IMG/VR virus record: IMGVR_UViG_3300036801_000212
Coordinates: 1-64,000 of that record
DNA length: 64,000 bases
Reading direction: 5' to 3' (one strand)
From: a virus
Taxonomy: Duplodnaviria > Heunggongvirae > Uroviricota > Caudoviricetes
The notes under the pieces: generated by a model
Seen by the model: only the letters and a program-made list of their open reading frames with translations
The model's database searches: none
What the model was told of the DNA's origin: nothing
Position numbers and translations under genes: made by a program
In this document: piece after piece, positions 1-8,830 of the stretch
How positions within the stretch are numbered: position 1 is the stretch's first letter
How the letters are laid out: each line of letters starts with the position of its first letter

Positions 1-2
1 AC

Positions 3-614
3 GTCACCTCAAGCGACTCGTCCACGGTGACGGCCTACGACTCGTCCACGGTGAGGGCCTACGGCTCGTCCACGGTGACGGCCTGCGGCTCGTCCACGGT
101 GACGGCCTACGACTCGTCCACGGTGAGGGCCTACGACTCGTCCACGGTGAGGGCCTACGACTCGTCCACGGTGACGGCCGGAAGTCGCACGGCGGTTCAT
201 CTGCACTCTGGAGAGGCCCGCATTGAGGGTGGCGTCCTGATCGATCACACGACCATTGATGAGTCCATCCCGTCCACTTGGGTCGACTACCACGGCGCGG
301 AGATCATCGAAGAGATCGTCACCCTTTACAAGGCGGTTCGCGCCGACCTAACGTCCGCGCACGGCACCCTGTACGAGATCGGGTCCGAAGTGTCGTGTGA
401 CGACTGGCGCGACACCGATGAGTGCGGCGGCGGATTGCATTTCTGTCCCTCCCCAGTGCAAGCATCGGCTTACGACTTGGACGCAACACGCTGGCTGGAA
501 TGCACAGTCGCGCTGTCCGATTTGCGTCCCCTGACGGATTCGTCCACTGCCAAGGCAAAAGCACCTCGAGCTCGAGTGGTGCGCGAGGTTGATATAGCCG
601 GCCGACCTATCTAG
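3..614 (+). CDS. C-terminal portion of a repeat-containing protein (5-prime truncated by window edge)
   Basis: Frame open from window start; seven tandem 8-aa repeats STV(T/R)A(Y/C)(D/G)S followed by ~140-aa Cys-containing C-terminal domain; stop at 612-614. Confidence 0.5.
   Translation, partial: VTSSDSSTVTAYDSSTVRAYGSSTVTACGSSTVTAYDSSTVRAYDSSTVRAYDSSTVTAGSRTAVHLHSGEARIEGGVLIDHTTIDESIPSTWVDYHGAEIIEEIVTLYKAVRADLTSAHGTLYEIGSEVSCDDWRDTDECGGGLHFCPSPVQASAYDLDATRWLECTVALSDLRPLTDSSTAKAKAPRARVVREVDIAGRPI
16..183 (+). repeat. 24-bp tandem repeat x7 (gactcgtccacggtgacggcctac and variants) inside coding sequence
   Basis: Direct reading of sequence; unit repeated head-to-tail with 1-3 substitutions per copy. 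Confidence 0.85.
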
Positions 615-633
615 TTGAGTTTGGAGTGAGAGT

Positions 634-951
634 GTGTCCGAGTACGAACTAATGTTGCGTGCGCTAGCTAATCATATATGCATGTTCGGTACACCTTCAG
701 ATCATTGTGGTGCGCCGGCGGATATCCATGCGAAATTCCACGAGAACAAGGAGATCATGATCTGCCAGGATCATTTGCTTGACCTCATGTTCCACGGCTT
801 CCGGGATGCACATCCAGTACAAGAATCATGTGGCATGGCTGGGATGGGTTGGTGGCCCTCCTGTGGACATGGTCCCGGGTATTGCTACAACCTTCTGAGT
901 CTCCCCTCCTTGGGTTCACGTATTCTGGCGTTGGAGTCTGACTGTGGGTGA
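634..951 (+). CDS. hypothetical protein (Cys/His-rich, lower GC than neighbours)
   Basis: ORF with GTG start; GTGGGTGA overlap with downstream ligase gene. Confidence 0.35.
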   Translation: MSEYELMLRALANHICMFGTPSDHCGAPADIHAKFHENKEIMICQDHLLDLMFHGFRDAHPVQESCGMAGMGWWPSCGHGPGYCYNLLSLPSLGSRILALESDCG

Positions 952-2044
952 TGTTTACTTGAGTGATCTGTTCGCTGAGGGTGACCTCCAGAAGGCTATC
1001 GACGACGGATATGTGCGGACCCAGACGCATCCCACGCTCCCCTATGTGATCTTCAACTACACGGAATTGGCCCAGTTCGCGCGGCACTGGACTCCGGTGA
1101 CTCGCCAGTGTCGTGGCCTGATCGTGAACGTCAGCTCCCGCGAGGTCTTGGCACGACCGTTCCCCAAAGTCCATAACTACAATGAGCCCGATGCACCCAA
1201 GATTGCATTAGACGAGCCGATTGTCGCCACGGACAAAGTGGACGGCTCGCTAGGGATTTCCTATCCGATCGGCGATGGTGAATACGCGATCGCCACTCGT
1301 GGTTCATTCGCCTCTGACCAGGCGACACACGCCACTGAAGTTTGGCGTAGTCGATATCGCGATCGCACCTCCATTCCCGATGGAGTCACGGCACTGTGGG
1401 AAATATTGTTCCCATCCAACAGAATCGTAATCGACTACGGTTCCACTGATGACATCATTCTCCTCGGCGGGATTTGTGTTGCATCTGGGGACTTCATTTC
1501 GGCGGACGATCTTTCGGAAATGATGTCCTGGTTCGGTCCTATCGCTCAGACGTTCCCCTTCAAGACGTTCGGTGAAATGCTCGCCGCGCCATCAAGGGAG
1601 AATAGGGAAGGATTCGTAGTCCGCTCTATTCCAACCGGTGCGACCGTCAAGTTTAAATACGAAGATTATGTCGCCTTGCATAAGCTTATCTTCGGGATGA
1701 ACGAACGCGTCGTCTGGGAACACCTCGGCGAAGGCAGGCCACTTCAAGAGCTCATCGAACCGCTCCCCGATGAATTTCACGCATGGTTGATGAGGGTCGC
1801 GGACCGCCTCTACGCCGAGGAGGCGCAAGCTGTGACCGCGGTAGAGCATGCCTACGACGAGCTCCTCGCCTCCCTCCCGCAGAACTGGACACGCAAGGAC
1901 TACGCCTTGGCTGCGATGCGATATGACGTGCTGTGGCCGTACCTGTTCAACCTTTTGGACGGGAAAGACCCACGTCCGGGGATTTGGAAGACGCTTCGTC
2001 CATCTGGTGCGGTGACCATGTCTTCTACCGAGGAGTCAGCGTGA
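944..2044 (+). CDS. ATP-dependent RNA ligase, Rnl1 (T4 RnlA)-like
   Basis: Nucleotidyltransferase motif I KVDGSLG (lysine adenylation), motif IV EGFVVRS, motif V VKFKYEDY; N-terminal VIFNYTE...QCRGLIV resembles T4 Rnl1 IFSYNYAS...ECRGIMF. Confidence 0.8.
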   Translation: MGDVYLSDLFAEGDLQKAIDDGYVRTQTHPTLPYVIFNYTELAQFARHWTPVTRQCRGLIVNVSSREVLARPFPKVHNYNEPDAPKIALDEPIVATDKVDGSLGISYPIGDGEYAIATRGSFASDQATHATEVWRSRYRDRTSIPDGVTALWEILFPSNRIVIDYGSTDDIILLGGICVASGDFISADDLSEMMSWFGPIAQTFPFKTFGEMLAAPSRENREGFVVRSIPTGATVKFKYEDYVALHKLIFGMNERVVWEHLGEGRPLQELIEPLPDEFHAWLMRVADRLYAEEAQAVTAVEHAYDELLASLPQNWTRKDYALAAMRYDVLWPYLFNLLDGKDPRPGIWKTLRPSGAVTMSSTEESA

Positions 2045-2967
2045 TCGGGAAACTGACAATCACCAGAGGTCTGTCCGGTAGCGGGAAGACCACCATCGCA
2101 CGGGAGATGGTTGACTCCCGTCCAACTGGGGAGATCGTTCGTCTCAATCGTGACGACCTCCGCGCGATGCTTCTACCTTCCTATTACCGCCAACCCGAGT
2201 ACCGTCCCGAACAGATCGTCACCCGAATTCAGCACGGTCCGATCACCGCGCTCCTCACTGAGGGAGTTGATGTTATTGTCGACGATACCAATCTTCGACT
2301 CCGCACGGTACGAGAATTAGCACAGCTCGCGGAACGTGCCAATGCTGAGTGGGAATGCATGGACACTTGTCTTGCGGTCCCGCTAGAGGAGTGTATCCGA
2401 AGGGATACCGGGAGGGAGAAGCCTGTAGGTGAGGATCTGATCCGCCGGCAGTGGCGGAAGTATCTGTCTCACGGGCGGACGCTCGAGGTGCCGGTGTTGG
2501 ATGCACCGGTGGTGGGGAAGCCGTACACAGCACCAGAAGGTGGGCAGCTGGCGATTATCGTGGATATAGACGGTACAGTTGCAATCTGCGGTGACCGTGA
2601 TATCTACGATGGCTCTCGTGCTCACCTGGATACGCCGAACGTTCCTGTTGTCAATGCCGTCTTTAGGGAGTGGGAAGATGGCTATCACATCATATTCTGC
2701 TCCGGCCGGGATGAGCAGTTCCGCAATGTCACTGACAAATGGATTCGGGACAACATTTTCCCGGACATAGAGTTCCCGTGCTTTGATCTATTCATGAGGC
2801 CGGCGGGAGATCGTCGCAAAGATTCCGTAGTCAAAAGTGAGCTGTTCGACCAATACATCCGCCACACGTACGATGTGGAACGAATTTACGACGACCGTGC
2901 GTCCGTCTGTAAAATGTGGAGGTCGCTCGGTCTCACTGTCCTGCAATGTGACGAAGGGAACTTCTAA
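2041..2967 (+). CDS. pnk: polynucleotide kinase-phosphatase (Pnkp): N-terminal P-loop 5-prime kinase + C-terminal HAD 3-prime phosphatase
   Basis: GTG start overlapping upstream stop (GTGA); Walker A GLSGSGKTT; HAD motif I DIDGTVA and downstream D-rich motifs; same architecture as T4/mycobacteriophage Pnkp. Confidence 0.85.
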   Translation: MIGKLTITRGLSGSGKTTIAREMVDSRPTGEIVRLNRDDLRAMLLPSYYRQPEYRPEQIVTRIQHGPITALLTEGVDVIVDDTNLRLRTVRELAQLAERANAEWECMDTCLAVPLEECIRRDTGREKPVGEDLIRRQWRKYLSHGRTLEVPVLDAPVVGKPYTAPEGGQLAIIVDIDGTVAICGDRDIYDGSRAHLDTPNVPVVNAVFREWEDGYHIIFCSGRDEQFRNVTDKWIRDNIFPDIEFPCFDLFMRPAGDRRKDSVVKSELFDQYIRHTYDVERIYDDRASVCKMWRSLGLTVLQCDEGNF

Positions 2968-3054
2968 ATGAACACCAATCCCCATTGTCCCGATTGCGGC
3001 GGAGTAGGTTCTGAAAATTGCGTGCGCTGTAAGCATGCTGGAGGTCAATAACAA

Positions 3055-4137
3055 GTGAGCACCTTTAAGGTCACGATCGAGAGACTAACTGTGACACCAC
3101 ATCCGAATGCGGATCGTCTAGAGCTAGCGCAGGTAGGTCTCTACCGCGCCGTGGTTCCCAAGGGGGAGTACGAAACCGGCGATTGCGCGATCTATATCCC
3201 CGAGGCGGCGATTCTCCCCGATGACTTGATCGAAGAACTCGGCCTCACAGGAAAGCTCGCCGGCAAGGAGAAGAACCGAGTCAAGGCGGTACGTCTTCGG
3301 GGCGAGCTGAGTCAGGGGATCGTGTGTCAGCCCGCGAAGTTCTCCGACTGGGAATACGACCTCATGGAGAGCAGCGGGATCGACTTCGCACCCGAGCTCG
3401 GCATCACAAAGTGGGTCCCCGAGATTCCCACTCACATGTCCGGGAAGGTCATCCCCGCTCCTGACCTCATCCGGTGGGTAGATATCGAGAACCTCAAAAG
3501 ATACCCAGACATTTTCTCCCCGGGGGAAATGATTACAGCGAGTGAGAAGGTGCACGATTCTGCCTGTCTAACGACGTACCACGTTGACTCAGATACGCTT
3601 TATGTCACGAGCAAAGGCTATGGCGAAAAGAACCTCGCATTAGAAGAAAACGGCGCAAACATCTACTGGCGTGCCGTGGAGAAATTCGAACTCAAGAAGA
3701 ACTTACAGCTGATGGCCGTCGGGTTGGACGCAGTCTCGGTGGCGATCTTCGGTGGGGTCTACGGTCAAGGTGTGCAAGACTTGCACTACGGAAAGTCGGC
3801 TCGTCACAACGACACATTAGGTTACGTAGCTTTCGACGTTGCCTGGGTGAGTCGGGTGACGGGAAAAACTTGGATGAACCCCACAGACTTCGCTCAGGTG
3901 ATGACAGGATTCCACATTCCCACCGCCCCGATTCTCTACGAAGGTCCGTTCGACCTCGAGAAGCTCACCAAGGTTGCTTCCGGACCGACCGTCCTAGGAA
4001 ATGGTGTACACATCAGGGAAGGAATTGTCATCCGTCCACAAGAGGAAAGTCACAGTGACATCCTCGGGGGAAGAAAGATCGCGAAACTCGTCTCCGATGA
4101 GTATGTGCTGCGCAAGGATGGAACGGAGTTTGAGTAA
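3055..4137 (+). CDS. RNA ligase with N-terminal OB/tRNA-binding-like domain and C-terminal nucleotidyltransferase domain (Rnl5/DraRnl-like architecture)
   Basis: N-terminus HPNADRLELAQVG...GDCAIYIPEAAILP resembles Trbp111/PheT-type OB tRNA-binding fold; C-terminal motifs EKVHDSA (motif I, Rnl2-like KIHGTN variant), EGIVIRP (motif IV), RKIAKLVS (motif V). Confidence 0.6.
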   Translation: MSTFKVTIERLTVTPHPNADRLELAQVGLYRAVVPKGEYETGDCAIYIPEAAILPDDLIEELGLTGKLAGKEKNRVKAVRLRGELSQGIVCQPAKFSDWEYDLMESSGIDFAPELGITKWVPEIPTHMSGKVIPAPDLIRWVDIENLKRYPDIFSPGEMITASEKVHDSACLTTYHVDSDTLYVTSKGYGEKNLALEENGANIYWRAVEKFELKKNLQLMAVGLDAVSVAIFGGVYGQGVQDLHYGKSARHNDTLGYVAFDVAWVSRVTGKTWMNPTDFAQVMTGFHIPTAPILYEGPFDLEKLTKVASGPTVLGNGVHIREGIVIRPQEESHSDILGGRKIAKLVSDEYVLRKDGTEFE

Positions 4138-4525
4138 TAGCTTTCACCACGCTCAATCTTCGGCGAGGAGGTGGGGTGGTACTCCGGAAATCTATCTCCC
4201 AATCCATGAGTTCATCGACGGCAGTAAGAGAACATTCGGAGACGTCCGTCACAGAGCCCTGCTGCACAACACTTGGGGTGTGTGGGTGGCACAGGAAGTC
4301 TTCGGGAGAATCCTCCATGTTCCGTTTGAAGACTCAGAGAGATTCAAACCAATCCCCGTGAGGGAGATAGCTGAGCGTCACATCGAAGAGGATTTAGGAT
4401 TCATTCCTTCTCCTGGCGATTGGTTACAGCATATGAATGTCGTCACGTGGATGGGCGGCCGGAGGCATACGTTTATCGGCCGGGAAGAACTTCTCAACCA
4501 GATCGTCAAGGACGGTAAGAAATGA
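4118..4525 (+). CDS. hypothetical protein
   Basis: ORF; ATG at 4118 overlaps end of ligase gene by 20 nt; no recognisable motif. Confidence 0.4.
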   Translation: MERSLSNSFHHAQSSARRWGGTPEIYLPIHEFIDGSKRTFGDVRHRALLHNTWGVWVAQEVFGRILHVPFEDSERFKPIPVREIAERHIEEDLGFIPSPGDWLQHMNVVTWMGGRRHTFIGREELLNQIVKDGKK

Positions 4526-4986
4526 CTGAGGTTTGTGGTCGTCCCGTTACCGGTGAGATCAGTCGCTATGGACGCGCCCAGTGCGAGCAGTGGTCGGGCG
4601 AGAAGTTCATGGAAATGCTTGACGCCGTGCTAAATCAGCCCGGGATCGAGTCAGTTAGATGGAGTCAGGGTACGCCGAGCTGGAACGACGGTGAGCCTTG
4701 CACCTTCGGCATTAATGAGTTCCTCGCCAAGCTTGCAGACGGAGAGGAAGACGCGGGCGACAACGAGGACGGCTTCCTGGACTACTACTCCCTTGAGCAA
4801 ATGAAGGCGGGGGCTCAATCGGGTATCGATTTCACATCTCTCCACGCGGCAGGCCACGCTCTCCGCGAGCTGGCAATTAGTAGTGGCCGTTTCGAAGAAT
4901 TCCTCGAAGAATCCTTCGGGGACCCCGCTGAGATCACAGCGACTAAAGACGGCTTCCACGTCGCCGAATACAACATCTATGACTGA
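4522..4986 (+). CDS. hypothetical protein (acidic)
   Basis: ORF with ATGA overlap to upstream gene. Confidence 0.5.
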   Translation: MTEVCGRPVTGEISRYGRAQCEQWSGEKFMEMLDAVLNQPGIESVRWSQGTPSWNDGEPCTFGINEFLAKLADGEEDAGDNEDGFLDYYSLEQMKAGAQSGIDFTSLHAAGHALRELAISSGRFEEFLEESFGDPAEITATKDGFHVAEYNIYD

Positions 4987-5143
4987 AACGAGGAATCTCC
5001 CCCGAGGGGTGGAGCGTCGTCACAAAAGATTCCGTGCACGAATCTGGATTGAGAACCGTCAGATCAACATCGGAACCTACGACACGCCAGAAGAAGCACA
5101 CGAAGCGTACAAATCTCGACACGAGGCGTGGCATGGAAGCTGA
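4979..5143 (+). CDS. AP2-domain DNA-binding protein (small)
   Basis: RGVERRHKRFRARIWIENRQINIGTYDTPEEAHEAYKSRHEAW matches AP2/ERF-like domain pattern common in phage HNH-associated proteins; ATGACTGA overlap. Confidence 0.55.
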   Translation: MTETRNLPRGVERRHKRFRARIWIENRQINIGTYDTPEEAHEAYKSRHEAWHGS

Positions 5144-5393
5144 AGGTACATTCTTGGTCCCAGTCCGTATCTATTCTTGCGGGAACACGAGATGCCAGAA
5201 CTTCGGTCCCGACCTCGAACATCAGGTATGGCCACATCGCAGGGGTAGTCAATTTGTATTCGAAGACCACAAGTCTTGCGCGTGTGGGAAGGTGTTCACT
5301 CTCTATCAGACGAAGGAAATCGAACCTTCCGGCGCCTGGGTTCCGGGGGTTCATGAGGACAACCCGAGGATTGATTTTTTGGGGAAGTCATGA
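5133..5393 (+). CDS. hypothetical protein with Cys cluster (possible Zn-binding)
   Basis: ATG overlapping upstream stop; C..C..C.C pattern. Confidence 0.4.
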   Translation: MEAEGTFLVPVRIYSCGNTRCQNFGPDLEHQVWPHRRGSQFVFEDHKSCACGKVFTLYQTKEIEPSGAWVPGVHEDNPRIDFLGKS

Positions 5394-6178
5394 CTGAGCC
5401 GGAGAAGGTTCTCATCGCCGGCGACTGGCACGGCAACGGCGCGTTCGCTACGGCAGTCATCGATCACCTCCCGGACTTTATACCCAATGGTCCACGCATC
5501 CTTCTGCATGTCGGAGACTTCGGAATCTGGCCGGGAGATGCTTTCTATCTGTCCGCAGTGGATGAAGCACTTGAAGAGGTTGATGCTGAGTTGTGGTTTG
5601 TGGACGGCAACCACGAATGTCACGATCGACTCACGGGGCTGATGCAGCAACGCGAACTGGAAGACCGCCGCACCTCTCCCTACAGAATCAACAGTCGAAT
5701 CAAGTGGCTACCTCGCGGCTATCGCTGGCAGTGGCATGGTCGGACATGGTTGGCGCTGGGTGGGGCCACCTCCGTCGACCGTCCCATCCGAACCCCCGGT
5801 AGAGACTGGTGGCCGCAGGAGTCCATCTCGTACGACGACTTCCTCGCCGCGACTTCTCGAGGAAAAGCGGACGTCATGGTTGCACACGACTGTCCAAAAG
5901 GTGTTCCACTTCCGCTGCCCACGTTGATCCCGCACTGGTGGGAACTTGGCCCAGCGGAGGAGCACAGAAGAGTGCTTCGCCAGGTCGCATTGGAGGTCAA
6001 ACCCGAATGGCTGTTCCACGGTCACTATCACCTCTACCACGACACCACCGTAGATTTAGGTTGGGGTGACATGCGCACCATCGGTCTGGACTGTGACGGC
6101 GCATACACGGGACAAAGTGTCCTATGCGACGTCCGCACGATGGAAATCACAAACCCATGGCAGGAGGGTCATGGCTGA
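5390..6178 (+). CDS. metallophosphoesterase (calcineurin-like Ser/Thr phosphatase family)
   Basis: Motifs GDWHGN, HVGDFG, VDGNHE, AHDCP, HGHYH in canonical order. Confidence 0.85.
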   Translation: MTEPEKVLIAGDWHGNGAFATAVIDHLPDFIPNGPRILLHVGDFGIWPGDAFYLSAVDEALEEVDAELWFVDGNHECHDRLTGLMQQRELEDRRTSPYRINSRIKWLPRGYRWQWHGRTWLALGGATSVDRPIRTPGRDWWPQESISYDDFLAATSRGKADVMVAHDCPKGVPLPLPTLIPHWWELGPAEEHRRVLRQVALEVKPEWLFHGHYHLYHDTTVDLGWGDMRTIGLDCDGAYTGQSVLCDVRTMEITNPWQEGHG

Positions 6179-6482
6179 GCCAATGCCGAAGATTTGGTGG
6201 TCGAACGGTTCGCAGGGTTGGTTCTCTCAAGACGATGGAGGTATCTATCGGCTCCTCGGCGGGTTAAAAGTCCACACTCTCCCGCCGGATATTGACGAGC
6301 TTCAGATCGCCGGCGAGGTTGAGTGGGGTTTGAGTTACGGCAACGGCGCCCCTGGGTTGGATACGAAGGATCATGTTCGCCGACGTGTCGGTTACGTAAG
6401 GGAGTTTGCGCCGCAGGTTGAAGTACATGCGTGGCGTCGCACAATCGGTCGGTCGGAATGGGAGGAAGTGAAGGATGTCTAA
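6171..6482 (+). CDS. hypothetical protein
   Basis: ATG overlapping upstream TGA; ORF. Confidence 0.45.
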   Translation: MAEPMPKIWWSNGSQGWFSQDDGGIYRLLGGLKVHTLPPDIDELQIAGEVEWGLSYGNGAPGLDTKDHVRRRVGYVREFAPQVEVHAWRRTIGRSEWEEVKDV

Positions 6483-6708
6483 CGAAGACCGAGGACTCAC
6501 CTATGCCGACCTACTCAATGAACTTTCGGGGCTGCACTATGGACTCGAACGACTACAGAAAGAATGGAAACGTCACGCCGACCGGAGCGAGACGCCATCT
6601 TCACGTCTGACGGAGATGGGGCGGATGGCGCTGATGATCGAGGCGAAGACCCTACGTGGTTGCGGGGAGGATATTCGTGCACTCGTGGAGCGGTGCGATG
6701 CCGACTGA
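6475..6708 (+). CDS. hypothetical protein
   Basis: ORF, start-stop overlap. Confidence 0.45.
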   Translation: MSNEDRGLTYADLLNELSGLHYGLERLQKEWKRHADRSETPSSRLTEMGRMALMIEAKTLRGCGEDIRALVERCDAD

Positions 6709-6856
6709 CGATCAAGTCAACCACGCTCTTATTGTCGTTGCTGGGGTATTCGCGCTCGTTCTCCCCTGGCCGTTTCAGTCTCTCTACGCGGGCTGGACTC
6801 TCCCTCATTGGTATCGGACGGTTCGTGCATCTCAAAGACGCCGGGAGGAGCGATGA
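6698..6856 (+). CDS. small membrane protein
   Basis: ATG overlapping upstream stop; single hydrophobic helix LIVVAGVFALVLPWPF. Confidence 0.4.
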   Translation: MPTDDQVNHALIVVAGVFALVLPWPFQSLYAGWTLPHWYRTVRASQRRREER

Positions 6857-7083
6857 GATACGCAACCTATCCCCCCGTCTCCGCGGATGTAGTGCTCAGC
6901 GTAATCCCCGGTTACTTCTATCCGTGTCCCGACGTTTCCACGGTGGACCGTTTTTTGGCTAATCTCCAAGCGAATTTTCTGCGGCCGGATTCTAACGCCA
7001 CCGAGGAGTACAAGGCGAAAGTTCGGATGGACATCGACCAGCTTCTTTTGCGGCGAGTGTATCTAGAGACGGTGCGAGGATGA
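6853..7083 (+). CDS. hypothetical protein
   Basis: ATGA overlap; ORF. Confidence 0.45.
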   Translation: MRYATYPPVSADVVLSVIPGYFYPCPDVSTVDRFLANLQANFLRPDSNATEEYKAKVRMDIDQLLLRRVYLETVRG

Positions 7084-7292
7084 TGTACGGCCCCGGCTAC
7101 ACTCCTTCCCCTTCTTTCCGTGCTCACATCGCCGCGGATGAGGCGCGGAAAGCTTTGATAGATTTCCCGATCCTCTCCAGCATCCTCTTTCAAGGACTTA
7201 CGTGGATGGCTGATGCTACGTGGATGGGGAATCCGATCCGATCCGCTGAGGCCGCAGCCGAGGTAAAGAAACTAGCGGAGAGGTTGAGATGA
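7080..7292 (+). CDS. hypothetical protein
   Basis: ATGATG start overlapping upstream stop. Confidence 0.45.
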   Translation: MMYGPGYTPSPSFRAHIAADEARKALIDFPILSSILFQGLTWMADATWMGNPIRSAEAAAEVKKLAERLR

Positions 7293-7582
7293 TTGGAACG
7301 TCGGTTGTCGCTGAGCTGCGTAATCGAATGACGGGTAGGGACAACTTTGACCGAGTATGTGTCCCGGTGGGACAGTTACGGGAGTTGATTTCGGACTACG
7401 ACCGAAGTAGGCATGACGTTCAGTGGTTGCGATCGGAACTAATGTTACCGACTGAAGCTTTAGTGTTGATCGTCGAGATGATTACTGGACCACCCCATCT
7501 AATGATCTCCGAACATATCGATTGGGAAAAGTCTCTCTGGTCGCGTGCCGACGATATTGCAAGACGCGCGGCGCAGGCATGA
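7289..7582 (+). CDS. hypothetical protein
   Basis: ATGA overlap; ORF. Confidence 0.45.
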   Translation: MIGTSVVAELRNRMTGRDNFDRVCVPVGQLRELISDYDRSRHDVQWLRSELMLPTEALVLIVEMITGPPHLMISEHIDWEKSLWSRADDIARRAAQA

Positions 7583-7938
7583 ACTATGAGCAGATGATCA
7601 AGGAACGCCTCTACGACATTGAAGATGCCCGTCAAGAGCTGAGAAGGTGCCACCGAATCAAACGGTGGCTGATCGCTGGCGTCGTCCTCGGCATCCTTGC
7701 CGTGACGGGTGCGATAGCGATCCCGATCCTGGTGCAGGCCGTTGGACACGGTTCGCGATGTGCCGGGAATGCCGCCGAACATGACGGCTTGATCCCACTC
7801 CTGTGGGTCGCTGGGATTCTCCTGGTCATCTGCTTCGGACCACCCGCTGCTGTCGTGGCGCTTAGCGAGATCGGCTACCGCGAGAGAATGCTCCGTGCGG
7901 CTCAGTGTGACTACGAGCAAGCGCTTGATGCCGAATGA
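7579..7938 (+). CDS. membrane protein (two predicted TM helices)
   Basis: ATGA overlap; hydrophobic segments LIAGVVLGILAVTGAIAIPILV and LLWVAGILLVICFGPPAAVVAL. Confidence 0.5.
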   Translation: MNYEQMIKERLYDIEDARQELRRCHRIKRWLIAGVVLGILAVTGAIAIPILVQAVGHGSRCAGNAAEHDGLIPLLWVAGILLVICFGPPAAVVALSEIGYRERMLRAAQCDYEQALDAE

Positions 7939-8120
7939 GCTGCGCGAAACAAATGCACACCACCCGTGAAGACGCATATCGCTCCTACTGTAGAACCAAA
8001 CACAACTCTATATGGCCTTCTATAAATTTGTACCAATGCAACGAGTGCAAATTCCCCGGCGGGAAACGTGCTTGGCACTGGGGACATGTTCGTCCGTTCA
8101 AAGTTGGGAGAAGACCGTGA
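7935..8120 (+). CDS. small Cys-containing protein
   Basis: ATGA overlap; C..C...C.C pattern. Confidence 0.4.
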   Translation: MSCAKQMHTTREDAYRSYCRTKHNSIWPSINLYQCNECKFPGGKRAWHWGHVRPFKVGRRP

Positions 8121-8380
8121 GTCTGAAGACTCGCTTGCATGCTTGGCTGCTGGAGAAGACGGCACCGGAAGGTCATCCGTCGGCTTCTCGACAGAGCTAC
8201 AACCCTGGGATCAGCTTGGTACCGAGCGACGAGCTGCCTCCCAACTTCCCGCTCCCAGCGGCCGCCCCGGATCGAGCTGTGCATCCGGTGTGCCGTCCCA
8301 CTCGGAGTTTCGCTGACATCGATGATTATGACGACGGCCCTTACGTCGCCGATGACCCGTGGGACTCCAGTGGCATCTGA
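8117..8380 (+). CDS. hypothetical Pro/Ala-rich acidic protein
   Basis: GTGA overlap with upstream gene; low-complexity composition makes coding status uncertain. Confidence 0.3.
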   Translation: MSLKTRLHAWLLEKTAPEGHPSASRQSYNPGISLVPSDELPPNFPLPAAAPDRAVHPVCRPTRSFADIDDYDDGPYVADDPWDSSGI

Positions 8381-8585
8381 CAAATACGCCCGCTACCTCC
8401 TCCATGCTCGTCTGTATCTCTTCGACAGCCTGGATCAGCGTAGAGGTCAGGCCTTCATGAACTACCTGCACATGTTTGATCCAGACGCCTACGAGCTTCT
8501 CCCCGAGGCGCTCAACCCGTTCGAGCGGGAGGTTGTCTTCCATGACTTCCTGGCGTACTTGAAGGATGCGTGGACAGGGTCTTGA
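8322..8585 (+). CDS. hypothetical protein (start ambiguous: ATG 8322, 8328 or 8352)
   Basis: ORF with three in-frame ATGs; downstream portion YARYLLHARLYLFDSLDQRRGQAFMNYLHMF looks protein-like. Confidence 0.35.
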   Translation: MIMTTALTSPMTRGTPVASDKYARYLLHARLYLFDSLDQRRGQAFMNYLHMFDPDAYELLPEALNPFEREVVFHDFLAYLKDAWTGS

Positions 8586-8627
8586 CGGACACTCTTTCTT
8601 GCCATATACGATTCCCGGAGAGGCCTG

Positions 8628-8810
8628 ATGGAGACTTGGATAACCTGGACGTCGCGGTACAGCAAAAAGCAGACAGAGACGGCTCATCAAGTGAGGGGCA
8701 TGTTCGATACCGCGATTCAGATGCGAACTCGATGTGGCGAGCGAGTCGCTGGCCGACGCGCAACCCTGGCAAGTTCCGGTGTTCCCCGCTGCAGAAAATG
8801 CTCGTGGTGA
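8628..8810 (+). CDS. hypothetical small protein
   Basis: ATG preceded by GGAGAGG Shine-Dalgarno-like sequence. Confidence 0.35.
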   Translation: METWITWTSRYSKKQTETAHQVRGMFDTAIQMRTRCGERVAGRRATLASSGVPRCRKCSW

Positions 8811-8830
8811 AACGTTTTTAGGAGTGTGAA

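Noticed and set aside
5128-5397. 89-aa ORF 5128..5397 in third frame
   Set aside because: It overlaps the better-supported 5133..5393 frame, which is start-stop coupled to its neighbours on both sides. Its translation lacks structure-like composition.
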